A stretch of 63,990 nt of DNA, counting the filler, from Choristocarpus tenellus KU-1152 (lineage: Eukaryota > Protista > Phaeophyceae): assembly GCA_964200185.2 (NCBI GenBank). It is 10 parts of 10 records of this genome, joined end to end, with 100 filler letters (N's around TTAATTAATTAA, not from the genome) between each part and the next. Parts side by side here need not be neighbours in the genome. Positions count along the whole stretch, not along the records: positions 51,929 to 56,076 come from CAXNAD020015971.1; positions 56,177 to 61,332 come from CAXNAD020011676.1; positions 61,433 to 63,990 come from CAXNAD020026790.1; 7 more parts are not named here. The stretch is one strand, 5' to 3'. Below are positions 53,842 to 63,990 of this stretch, one piece after another. The position numbers and the translations under genes were made by a program. Position 1 is the stretch's first letter, and each line of letters begins with the position of its first letter. The notes under the pieces are model-generated. The model saw only the letters and a list, made by a program, of their open reading frames with translations. It was not told where the DNA came from and did not search any database.

Positions 53842-54285
53842 TGTTACAGGCGAATAGAGCGAGTATTTCTTCCCGTGCGCTTTAACTGGCGCGAGCAGTA
53901 TACATGCGTGAGGAACCCCAAAAAGGGGGAACTCCGATTTGCCTAAATGTTGCAGAATAAACTGTAACTCGGATAGTTGCAGAGGGTCAAGGATGGATGA
54001 TCGGAAAGGGTTCTCAGATACATACCAGTTTTTACAAACCCGAAAAACCCCGAACGGCAAATGATGATTAGAGTTCCTAAAAACGGCTCAAGACGGCTCA
54101 GTTATTCTGACCTAGAAGGCGCTCATAGCTCACTCTTAACCTGATGCCAAACTTTATATACTTTTCTTATACTGAGTGATTCATTTAAGAGTACCCCTGT
54201 TCAGCTGAGCTGACCTTCGATAATCTGTGAATTGGACTTGACTTGTACATCCTGAGAAGGTGAGCATTGAGGGGCGCCTGTAACA
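53842..54285 (+). mobile_element. TGT...ACA element, subfamily B1
   Basis: Perfect 11-bp TIR tgttacaggcg / cgcctgtaaca with a TTAC/TTAC TSD. Confidence 0.88.
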
Positions 54286-56014
54286 TTACGGGGGGTGGTT
54301 CACCAACCAAGGGTGCCTCCCACGTGCAAAGCATTGAGTGTTCCCAACTATGAAATATACTTTGTATAGACAATATACTCTGGAGAATTTGTTACGTACG
54401 TCTATTTGAGATCACTATTAATTCTTCCTTGGTCACTCCACAGCCTGGTCTAGTTCAAATTTTGGACTATGCTTGAATGGATGGTATGTTGGCCGGACCT
54501 GCTTTGTCAAGATGCAAGATGGGCCTGTCAAGCCAAAATATGTCAGGTGAAACGTGAAGCTCCAAATTGTTTCAAATTCATGTTGTTGGAATCAAGACCT
54601 ATTAGATCTCTCAAGCTACATTCTCCCACCATGACAATACGAAAAACTGAGAGATGACCGAGATAGATCAGTACCGTCTACTCCAAAATGTTACAACCGA
54701 GTCGTGGGCCGACCTGTGGCCCGGTCTGGTTGAAAAGCATGACGGTCCTGGATCGATCTTGCTAAAATATACTGCACAAGGGCTTGTCCCTGACTTGTGA
54801 AAAACAGTGGTTTGCACGGGGGCACTCAGTGACTGCGCTGTCGGCGAAGTTTCTCGTGTGGGATGGAAGAGGAGAAGGCTGCTTGCACTTCAAGAAGGGA
54901 TTGCTGTCCCATGCTCTGACGGGGGATGTAAGAAGAATGTTCTGTTGAGGAGTGAACTGATACGAGCGAGGTGCAAGGGATCTTCGAATTTGGGGGATGG
55001 AGCATTTGGACATAGAGTATGAAATTTTTTGGGAAGAGATTGGGTTTACCCCGAGCAATGTGTTGGTAGTCCCTTCGATAGGAGTAAATATTTTTTCATG
55101 AAGCAGGGTTTCAAGGTATCAAGCATGATGTAAATGCAATAGGGGTGATGGTGAGGTATTGATATACACGATATGGTGGTGGTAAAACATATTTGATATT
55201 CACAGAGGCAAAAGAGGGGTCATGGTCTGTTTGTTCTGTGTACAAGTGTTTCTACCCAAGGTGACCAAACATACTGCCCATAATGTTTGCACTTTTTGAC
55301 AAATTAATTATTATTTGGGCATTATGATGCTGCGTAGAGGTGGTGTATCTTTGTTCAGTCCTATTTTTATAACCCAATGAAAACAACAAATCGAATAATC
55401 GAAGTGAGAGACCCAGCATATTTGAAGACATTTCCTTTATGGCGCCTTCAACGAGCTTCATTATCCACATGCAGCCTTGTGGATTGTAGCTACACATTCC
55501 GTCATGGTAAGCTTGCAGAGCGTTTTGTAACACATGTTGTGAACCTATATGATGCTCTATATGCCCTACCTTCTGTAATTCTTGTGGTCTCCCCAACATC
55601 ACAACCTTCAACAGAGACACAACAACACATCTCCAAGATCCCAACATGTGAAATTAGAGAAAATATGTATTGTTATACTCGAAGTATATTATGGCCGCCA
55701 ACATTTTGGAGATGTTGTCATTTGGGAGGAAAAAGAATCGTGAAGTAATGAGTACAAATACGACGTCGTTAAAATCGCAAAACCACAGTAACTAGTAAAG
55801 ATCTACACATCAATACACCAATATGGGTAGTATGTAGTGTACGTGAAATCAAGAAAACAATTAAGTATATTACTAAAAGGACTACTACAACAACAATAGT
55901 TGTAACTCTTCACAGACTGACACTTTATTAAGGTGGTCAACGGACCCGTTATCTACAGTTTGAATCGCATGATACGTGTGGAGATTGCTATTTGAGCAGT
56001 TACAAATACAACCT

Positions 56015-56076
56015 GAGTGAAAGTATCTTAGAGGGTAGAAGTTTTGCCCTGTTTGGGTCAAAGTATCTTGGGGGGG
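56015..56076 (+). mobile_element. 5' end of a MITE A copy, interrupted at 56055 by the start of a D-like MITE; cut by the gap
   Basis: gagtgaaagtatcttagagggtag...ccctgttt followed by gggtcaaagtatcttgggggg. Confidence 0.75.
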
Positions 56077-56176
56077 NNNNNNNNNNNNNNNNNNNNNNNN
56101 NNNNNNNNNNNNNNNNNNNNTTAATTAATTAANNNNNNNNNNNNNNNNNNNNNNNNNNNNNNNNNNNNNNNNNNNN

Positions 56177-56232
56177 TCGTTGGATTTGAGTTGTACATCC
56201 TGGAAGGTGAGCATTGAGGGGCGCCTGTAACA
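56177..56232 (+). mobile_element. 3' end of a B1 element (cut by the contig start)
   Basis: ttgtacatcct..aaggtgagcattgaggggcgcctgtaaca matches 54243-54285. Confidence 0.85.
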
Positions 56233-56729
56233 GGTGGGGTGGGGTTGTTCAGAGCGTATTATGCATGTTTGTATGTCCATCGATGATTTTATGCCTGTAG
56301 TTGTGTGCATACAACGACAAGGCATACCTTGTAAGACATGTCATAACACACCTATTCATTCCATGTCATGAAAATGAAACTACAAGAAGGGGAAATGATC
56401 GGTATTGATTCGGGAAGAATATACCTTTGTAAACCTATAAAAAAAATATGAAACAGATATCATGTTGAAAGGAGTAACTATGGATTTATAATGGATACGA
56501 ACGCTTGAACTGGAAAAAGAAGGGAGGAAAGGGCAGAAAGTGATAATGGTATGGGATTACGATGGGATTCACAAACTTGCACTCCTAGATACATTATTCA
56601 TTACACCTACCTAGCCAAGGTCAAAACTCTTGTATCTATATTCTTGTATCGATGTGAAGTTGAAGGGTGAGAGACGCCGGGTTGATTACATCATCACCCC
56701 CAACAGACCAACACAGGAAATACATACCT

Positions 56730-57330
56730 AGACTGGAGGACAACGGTATCAGCAGACTGCCAAGTTTATCTATCTTGGAGGTTCACTCAGTGATAATGCT
56801 GGTATCACACCAAGATCCAACTTCATATCCAGAAAGCATGGTGGCGCTTCAAGAGGTACACCAAAGAGTTGTGTGACCGAGCAGCAGGTGTTCCACTTGA
56901 GCTAAAGGTTGGGAGGCTTAAAACCCGAGAGGTTGCGACTATGCTGTATGGCTAGATGACTCGCACATTATTAAGGAGCCATCACACCCAGCTCCTTGCC
57001 TAACACCTTAATTCCACACAGTGTTGTATTGGGTTTTACAAATGGAAACACATAGACCACATCATATCGTATAGAGAACCCTTTAAGTGAACTGGATGTT
57101 AGTGCATTGAGGCCAATGTCTGCAAAGGTAGACTGTTATTTGCAGGGTTCATGTCGCGAGTGGACGATGATCACTTGCTCAAGAACCTTGAGCCAATCGT
57201 CAGAGAGCAAAGTGGGGAAAAAAATGGAGGTGGTGCCTTCAAGGTGATCAATGGGTTTCACTTGCAGAAGACCCAAAGAGATGGTACACGGGTTCAGAGG
57301 ATTCGAAACAAATACTCATGGACACCTGGA
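56730..57330 (+). mobile_element. Degenerate RTE-type LINE ORF2 (post-RT) remnant
   Basis: Reads QRYQQTAKFIYLGGSLS..KAWWRFKRYTKELCDR..PLELKV..MLYG*..DHIISYRE..GRLLFAGFMSRVDDDHL, with stops. Confidence 0.8.
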
Positions 57331-59258
57331 CTATCGCTGAGGTTGAAGTAACCACAGGTCGTCATACGAAAGAGGTCTTGGCCACCAACCACGGATTATA
57401 TTGGATGATGAGCTTTTTTGCTTTTTCTTCCTTTCTTCTTTGGAGGGGGAGGGCACCAGTTGATGCGCCAGAAGCAAGTTGAACACAGGAGGAAGAGACG
57501 TTCCCAGGAACATCATATCAACCTGGAGAGCATACAAGATACTACATGCCTGTGCCCTCAACCGATCAAATGCTAATCTAATATCTGATTGGCGGAAATC
57601 TCCAATTTGGCGTCAAAATCATTACCCCCATGATTTGTTTCCTCTATTTAGTACTCGTGCAAATTACCTTGGGAGGTAATGCTATTTGTCAGTAGCAAAG
57701 ATAAAAAGGTGCGAAGGATCCCAGACCTGTGGTCGAAAAAGTATTCAAAAGAAAACAGTACGAACTGCTTCAGAAAGGTAACAAGGACCCAAATTACAGT
57801 GTTTTTGTGTCGATGCATACTCCGATACAGAAACGAAGTACCGTCCACCTTGAGGCACCAATCAAAAAGATTTCGACCAAGTTTGAAATAAATGTAAAAT
57901 CTGGTGAAATCGATCTATCTCAAGTACATGCATAGCGTTGTTTGAGTTATTCAGTACAAATGTGGTGGTAGGGTCTGGTCAGGAGGTGCAAGGGGCGAAT
58001 TCAAGATAAATGTATAGGTTGTCCACACTCCTCGACAGCACAACAATGGATGCCACACCAGAGTCTCCCCGATGTCCTTGGGTTCCTTCATGGACTCCAA
58101 ATTCCTCTTCTGAAGGAGAAATGTTGGTTGCAGATGATCGGGGGTTCCATAGACGGAACAGACACAACATCGATTCCTGTAACCTACCCTCGTCATGAAT
58201 GAGACGTGGGCTCCATTGCCCTTCGTGACCATCCCCAAGTACTTCTTTCTGCTTCTCTTGGAGGTGAACTTTCCTGTACCAAGAAGAGGAAGATACCTTG
58301 GTTCAACTTCGTCAGCAAACGTGACCCCATTCTCATTCAGCAGGCTCATGCTGTGGAGTCATGGAAGGCCCCACACAGGTTGGTTGTGCGTGGGAGGAAA
58401 CAAGGGAAAAGTGCCTGCACCTTCCCACCTTCAAATGGTCAAACTTAATGTGAGTTGAGAGCTTTGAGGGGAAGGGCAAATGTGGCCACTTGTGTTGCTG
58501 ATGCTGGCAGGTCAATTTCTGTCTCTTCTTCCCCATAATCAACAAGAAACAAGGCAACTCAGAGGTTGGAAACCTAAGATACAAGTCTGTTGTCTCGGAG
58601 TCGTGGAGGGGGTGAAAAGGGGGACAAGCTGAAAGGTAGTTCCACCAAGAGGAGATGAAGTTCGAGGCGGGAAAGATTCAGTAGGAGTGGAAGACGTACA
58701 GGGATATGCTGGTGGATATGAAAGACGAACGCAGTTTCCGGTGACAACAGTACATAGCGAAAATGAGGTTCATGTGGAGAAGGAGGGGAAGCCTTTGGGG
58801 GAGAAGGGACAAGTTGGAGAGGGATGAGAGGAGGAGGAAGGATGACATGGACAGAGAGGAGACTCAGAGGAAGGAGAACTTGGACAAAGAGGAAAAGTAG
58901 AGGACTGGGCAGTGGCAACGCGAGGAGCACAAGGCCATGATATAGATTATATTATGAAAGCGTTTATTTGAGGGATAATAATCTGTAGACAAGTTGAACT
59001 GTAGTGTCGCCTGTGGTTTTGCACAGGTAATGAATTATGGTTTTGCTGGGGTCCCCTCCCGGATGTGTTTTTTATCATTGAAGGGGTGTGGAGAGGTCGA
59101 GGCATATATGGGCACAAAGCAAATGAAAATTTGTTGACTAAGGAGAAAAAAATCTGAAGAATGCAGTACACTGCATGATGCATTCACACTTCTTTACCGC
59201 AACAAAATAGCTTGTAGTTTGTGTGCATTTCCTCATGTATTGAGACGAAATTAGAAAC

Positions 59259-59389
59259 AATGGGTAGACCACATGAAGGTGGGTTCAACTTCTCCATGAG
59301 AACACAAAATCAGAACCTAAAGGAAATGGGTAGGCCACATGGAGGTGGGTTCAACATCTCCATGAGATCACAAAATCAGAAACTAAAGG
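59259..59389. repeat. Imperfect 66-bp tandem duplication
   Basis: aatgggtag.ccacatg.aggtgggttcaac.tctccatgaga.cacaaaatcagaa.ctaaagg occurs twice. Confidence 0.9.
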
Positions 59390-60083
59390 CGATGCTTCTC
59401 TACTTCCACATTGTTTCTACAATTTCTCGAATATTTTTTAGTATACCTGACTCAAACGATACCAAATAATAGGTGCATAAAGCCCTCTCTTGTTAGGGAG
59501 GCAGGAGGTACGGAGCGAGTGATGTAGGTACAGAGGCTGTACCTATATAAGAGAGGGTAGAGGCAAGCAAAAATACCCTCTCTCATATCCCGATCCTCTC
59601 TTATTCTTATAAGAGCGCTTTTATCTTAAACCGAGGGATCGTGATAAGAGGAACCTATGTTACATTGAGCAACAGTGCTTCTAGGCATTTTACGATTGTC
59701 CCAGGACGACGACAGAGCGACCCCCTTGCTGTATATGTGCTTCCCATATGCCTTCAAGAGCAGTTACATGTAGATATGTATTGAACATTACCCTCGCTGA
59801 GCCCATTTCGATGAAGCTGTGGTGGTGCGGCAAGCACCACACCTACACCCCTGCACAGTATGCCAATGTCATATGTATACAATACTATAACTTTAGTAAA
59901 TTACTCTCATTACGATGCATTCACTCATATGTATAGTACACTTTCCAGAGAAAAACATCCACAAGCCGTTGGATGGCTGGATAGACGACTTGCAATTCAA
60001 ATAAAATCAACGTTCAAAGCCAATCTCCCTCCGATGACCTGCCCTACATATTCAATTGTACTCTACAAGGATATTATACAGTA

Positions 60084-60838
60084 CAGTATCAAAAATCCAC
60101 CGTGGATCAAATATAGCTGCACCGCCATGCACCCCCTATCGCACGCACTGAGCTAAAAAACTTACTGGTTAATAAAAAAATTGTGACTGTCAAAAAAATC
60201 GCGGATGTCCGCTTTTTTTATTGCCCTGATTACGCTGAGTTCAGTCAGCTTTGCTTTCTGGAGACGGTACGAAACATCGTTCATGCTGCCCTCTTCGGCG
60301 ATTGTTTCTAAGCTTGCAAACTCGTCAGCTACTTGAGAGTACGGCGGTGGAGGAATCGAGAACACTGAAGAGGCCGTTCCTTTCCTCACGGTCCCCGATG
60401 CACTCTCCCCTCCCACAAACCACCCATCGTCATCATCGTCACCCGAGCTCTCTGCAAATCTCAAGCGTTTACGATTGTCGGTACCGCGAGGCTTGTAGGA
60501 TGCGACGTTCTCCTTAGATATATTTGGCAGCACCTTCCCTTGCCCTTGTTCTTGTTATCATGGTGCTTTGACCCCGGGTTGTCACCGACTGGAGGACTTA
60601 AATCCTTGTGTTTGGTGTGTCTCACGCACAATTTGCACACACGTTTCATTTCGCTGGCACCAAAAGGATCCACAACGCCGCAAATGCCATGAAGATGGCC
60701 GCTACAAACGCGACACTTAAAGCATGTATAGTGTGGTGGACCAGGAGTATTACCCTGCATGTTGCAGCTGGATCCCGCTGCCCAGGGAATCGTTGTATCT
60801 GTACAATGCAGTTGTCTACCCCTTGATCTGATATACTG
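60084..60838 (-). mobile_element. Internally deleted pogo/Tigger-like DNA transposon relic (Cys/His finger plus transposase C-tail)
   Basis: Minus ORFs read CxxCSGHLHGICG...RVCKLC and PPPYSQVADEFASLETIAE..RLQKAKL..ADIRDFF. Weak CAGTA...TACTG ends. No DDE core is present. Confidence 0.5.
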
Positions 60839-61112
60839 CATGTACTCTACTGTGCAGTACTGAGAGACAGATTACTGCTATGTTATGTACTGGTGGTGTC
60901 GAGCAACTTTAAGTCTTTGTTACATTTTGCTTAACTTTAGACTTGGCTTTTCAAAAACCCATCAGAAAAGCAGTGAAAAAAAGTGAAAGTATGAAGTAAT
61001 CTGAGTTTTGTGGGCGGAAGAATTCTGGTTGGCTGGGGGCGCAGGACAAGGGAGGGTAGAGAAAAAAAAAAGAAGTAAGCAAGAAGGGAACGAACAGTTA
61101 AGGAATGGCTGG

Positions 61113-61332
61113 GAGTGAAAGTATCTTAGAGGGTACGATTTTTGCCCTCTTTGTCCATTTGAATCTTGGCTTCCCATGGGTTTTTTAATGACATTTTCCT
61201 ACTCAAAAATGTTTCGGAGTGTGTAAAATGCGTATGTTATTAGAAGGTGTGTCCAGAACATCGATATTGACACTTCCTAACACACACAATAGCCAAAATT
61301 ACATCAAAATTGCAACATTGGACTTTAGCCCC
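61113..61332 (+). mobile_element. MITE family A, cut by the gap
   Basis: Left TIR gagtgaaagtatcttagagggta plus family A interior. Confidence 0.9.
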
Positions 61333-61530
61333 NNNNNNNNNNNNNNNNNNNNNNNNNNNNNNNNNNNNNNNNNNNNTTAATTAATTAANNNNNNNNNNNN
61401 NNNNNNNNNNNNNNNNNNNNNNNNNNNNNNNNAAAACCCCACCCACACCCCCAGAAGATGCCCCCCCCCCCCCCCCCTTCCTTCCCCCTCCCCCCACACC
61501 ACACCACACCACACCACCGAGCCAGCTTAC

Positions 61531-63363
61531 CTCATCCCATCTCTTAAACCATTCTGAGGGTGAGGACCGAAGGTCGGGTGTGTCTGGGTCTAATCGAATC
61601 CTGACGTTGTTCAGTGTCCGCCCCAAGAAGGGCGACAGCTTGGTTCGAAATTCTCTGGAATCTAAATTTTAGCCCAGGCATGTGATCAAGCATTCATTAG
61701 AAAACTACGTTGAGAAGGGGGAAAATCGCACGTCAAGTGAATGAAGGGCTGATCTACGTAGAGACAATCGACAATGTTTTGCTTTTGTTCAGAGTTGTGA
61801 GATTATTGTCAAAGGCGATAACGTACACTATACACGGGAGGGCAATAGATATATTTGCTCATATGTTTCCCACAGGAGGCATGCGGATGATGTTGATGGG
61901 GCAACACCTTGCATTGAAAATATCATTTCTAACTCCCATGGTACCAACTTCTTCAAACCATTACGCCTTTATCCTTTCAAGAAACGTTTCAGGGTACTTT
62001 GGTGGGAAGGATTTAGTCACATGTTCTCATAAGGGAGAAAAAATAGGGTGGGCTAACAAACAGTAAGACAAGCATTCTTGTGCTCACGGGCACACCTATT
62101 GTTTGGTTGCCATCAGTATCCCACTCATGCCAATGATCACGGACGATTTCTTCTAATGCAGTTGGATCCACTGGAAACATAGCCTGCAATGGTGAGAGTA
62201 CATTAAGAAGTGTTACTAAAAGGGACATGAAACAACACCAAGGAGGATTGTCACATGTTTTGAGTGATAAAATCAGAAAGAGATAGGTTTCTTTATCCCT
62301 TCTGAGAATCGAGACTGGGATACTGGCATATGAAAGCATAAAGCGGAAACGTCGACTGGAACAAGATCAGAGTGGAATCGAAGCGAGACAGGCTGAAGTG
62401 AGACGGTGGAATGCATTATCTCCAGTAAATATAACCTCTTCCCCAAGCAAATATCCGATGTTTTGACTCTACTTACCGAACCCGAAACAGAGAGAGGAAA
62501 AGGAGGTAGGAATCAAAACAAAAATCGAGCGCTCGACATCAGTCAGCACGATCCATAGCTGGCAATCACCTTGAGCGCGTCAATAAGCTCGAACTTGTCA
62601 ATGCTGCCATCCTGCAAAGGGGTAGGAGGGTCGACACCGCCATTAACATGCTTCTGATTCAACGTGAAAATATTTGCTTTTTTACACACACACCAGTGCG
62701 AAAGGAGGAAGGTAAGACACAGTAACAATAGTCATCATAAAGTTCACCGTGCATATTTTTCATGTCAATCTAGATTAGGTACCGACTCTGCGTAGCGATA
62801 GGCACAACAAGCTCTATGTCCAATTTGAGCATATCGATAGCGACACCTGAAGGCCACGTACAAGACATATCACATCCTCACCTGATTAATATCCACCATA
62901 TCGAACCACTGCGAGGGATTAGCTACGGGGTCGGGGACATTCACTACAGCCACGAAGTCCCGACGGCATACTGGGCATAACTTTGGAATGATGGTAGGAG
63001 CGCACTGAGGACAAGGGATGACAAGGAGTGGTAAGAGAGGGGATGGGATTCCAATCACCATATATTTTTTAATGTGGCGACAATGACTACGAGTATATAA
63101 ATGGTCCATTGAGGACGGTCTTCGATGCTTAACGGAATCATTGTACTATCCTACCCTCATTGGGCGCTTACCTCCTGACACAAGAAGTGCCTGCACACTC
63201 GTTTGGGCTTTAAATCATTCGGCTGTTGAGACCATGAAAAAAAATCTTTTTGCATTGCTTGGGCACGGTCGGTCATAACAGAGGCACCTTTGCTACAAAT
63301 TGGATCGAAGCATACAGGGCACTCGCCATAACCAAGAGCAACCTCGAGATCCATCAAACACAT
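61531..63363 (-). CDS. C3HC4 RING finger + EF-hand protein; 3' partial
   Basis: Exons 63363 (or 63354)-63172, 63004-62882, 62611-62570, 62183-62096 and 61661-61531 are GT-AG and in phase. RING: CPVC...CRHFLCQEC...CPVCR. EF loops DINQDGSIDKFE and DTDGNQTIDSRE form only after splicing. Confidence 0.88.
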
Positions 63364-63990
63364 GCACCACGATAGTGTACGTTAATCTTGATAATTATAC
63401 CAGGCCACAGCAAAAAGATAAACACAGAAAGATGACGAACAGGAGATTAACACCTACGAGAGGAAGGGGACAACGGGAAAGGGAGATGCACAGACCGGAA
63501 GGTCCCTAAATATACGGAAAGACGGGACTGGGACCCTTTTTTGGTATTCTATTGATGTTAAAGTTGAAAATGTACCATTTTCAAGGAATTTCCTCCTCAG
63601 ATGATGAAGATATGGACAATACGTATAGAGACAGACTTCTGGTATAGTGAATGGTGGAGATCGAATCGTTAATGTACGATATGTATATCGACAGTAAACT
63701 CTCTGAAATTGAATTTTCCACCAAGTTATTTGGATATTTTTCGCACGAATGGCGACTGCACCATCTGGTCTAAACGATCTCAGCTCTTCGTGCGCCCCCA
63801 TTCGTGAGCTATCTACAGAGTTATGATCCAACCCCTAAAGTGTACTATACATCGAAATCTTTCAGAGCCGATATATATTATCTCAAAAACATACTTCGAT
63901 TGACGATGATACTACATAGTCATGTGTGAATCGTGTGATTCTGTGGCGGCGTGGTTCACTCAGGCAAGGATGGCGAAGAGAATCACCGGG

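Noticed and set aside
57951-58930. Several 60-130 aa ORFs with a GLQES-like LINE endonuclease hint
   Set aside because: The motif context does not hold and the ORFs follow purine/pyrimidine strand bias. Support is insufficient.
1-63990. tRNA, rRNA or snRNA genes, prokaryotic operons and viral hallmark genes
   Set aside because: None were recognised by eye. tRNAscan-SE and Infernal would be needed to exclude small RNAs formally.

Overview
Eukaryotic nuclear DNA, probably a photosynthetic stramenopile such as a brown alga or relative. This is inferred from GT-AG intron-rich genes, signal-peptide + 'AF/GF' bipartite plastid-type leaders and interstitial TTAGGG runs. The window is not contiguous: it is 10 contigs joined by nine 100-bp artificial spacers (N...TTAATTAATTAA...N), so adjacency across spacers is not evidence of linkage. 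Genes reconstructed by hand: a complete 4-exon archaeal/plant-type D-aminoacyl-tRNA deacylase (DTD2/GEK1-like, 364 aa) head-to-head with an intronless PPR gene; a complete 5-exon acireductone dioxygenase (181 aa); and partial genes for an INTS1-like protein, a coiled-coil protein, a putative plastid protein of unknown function, a LON-N-domain protein with a C-terminal membrane anchor, and a RING + EF-hand protein. The rest is rich in transposon debris: a set of MITE families with GAG...CTC-type termini, a TGTTACA...TGTAACA family with 4-bp target duplications (Ginger-like or solo-LTR), nested insertions, RTE-type LINE remnants, and mariner and pogo-like fragments. The best candidate for novelty is the apparently plastid-targeted DTD2 in a non-streptophyte alga, paired with a PPR gene. 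No CRISPR array, tRNA or rRNA was seen.
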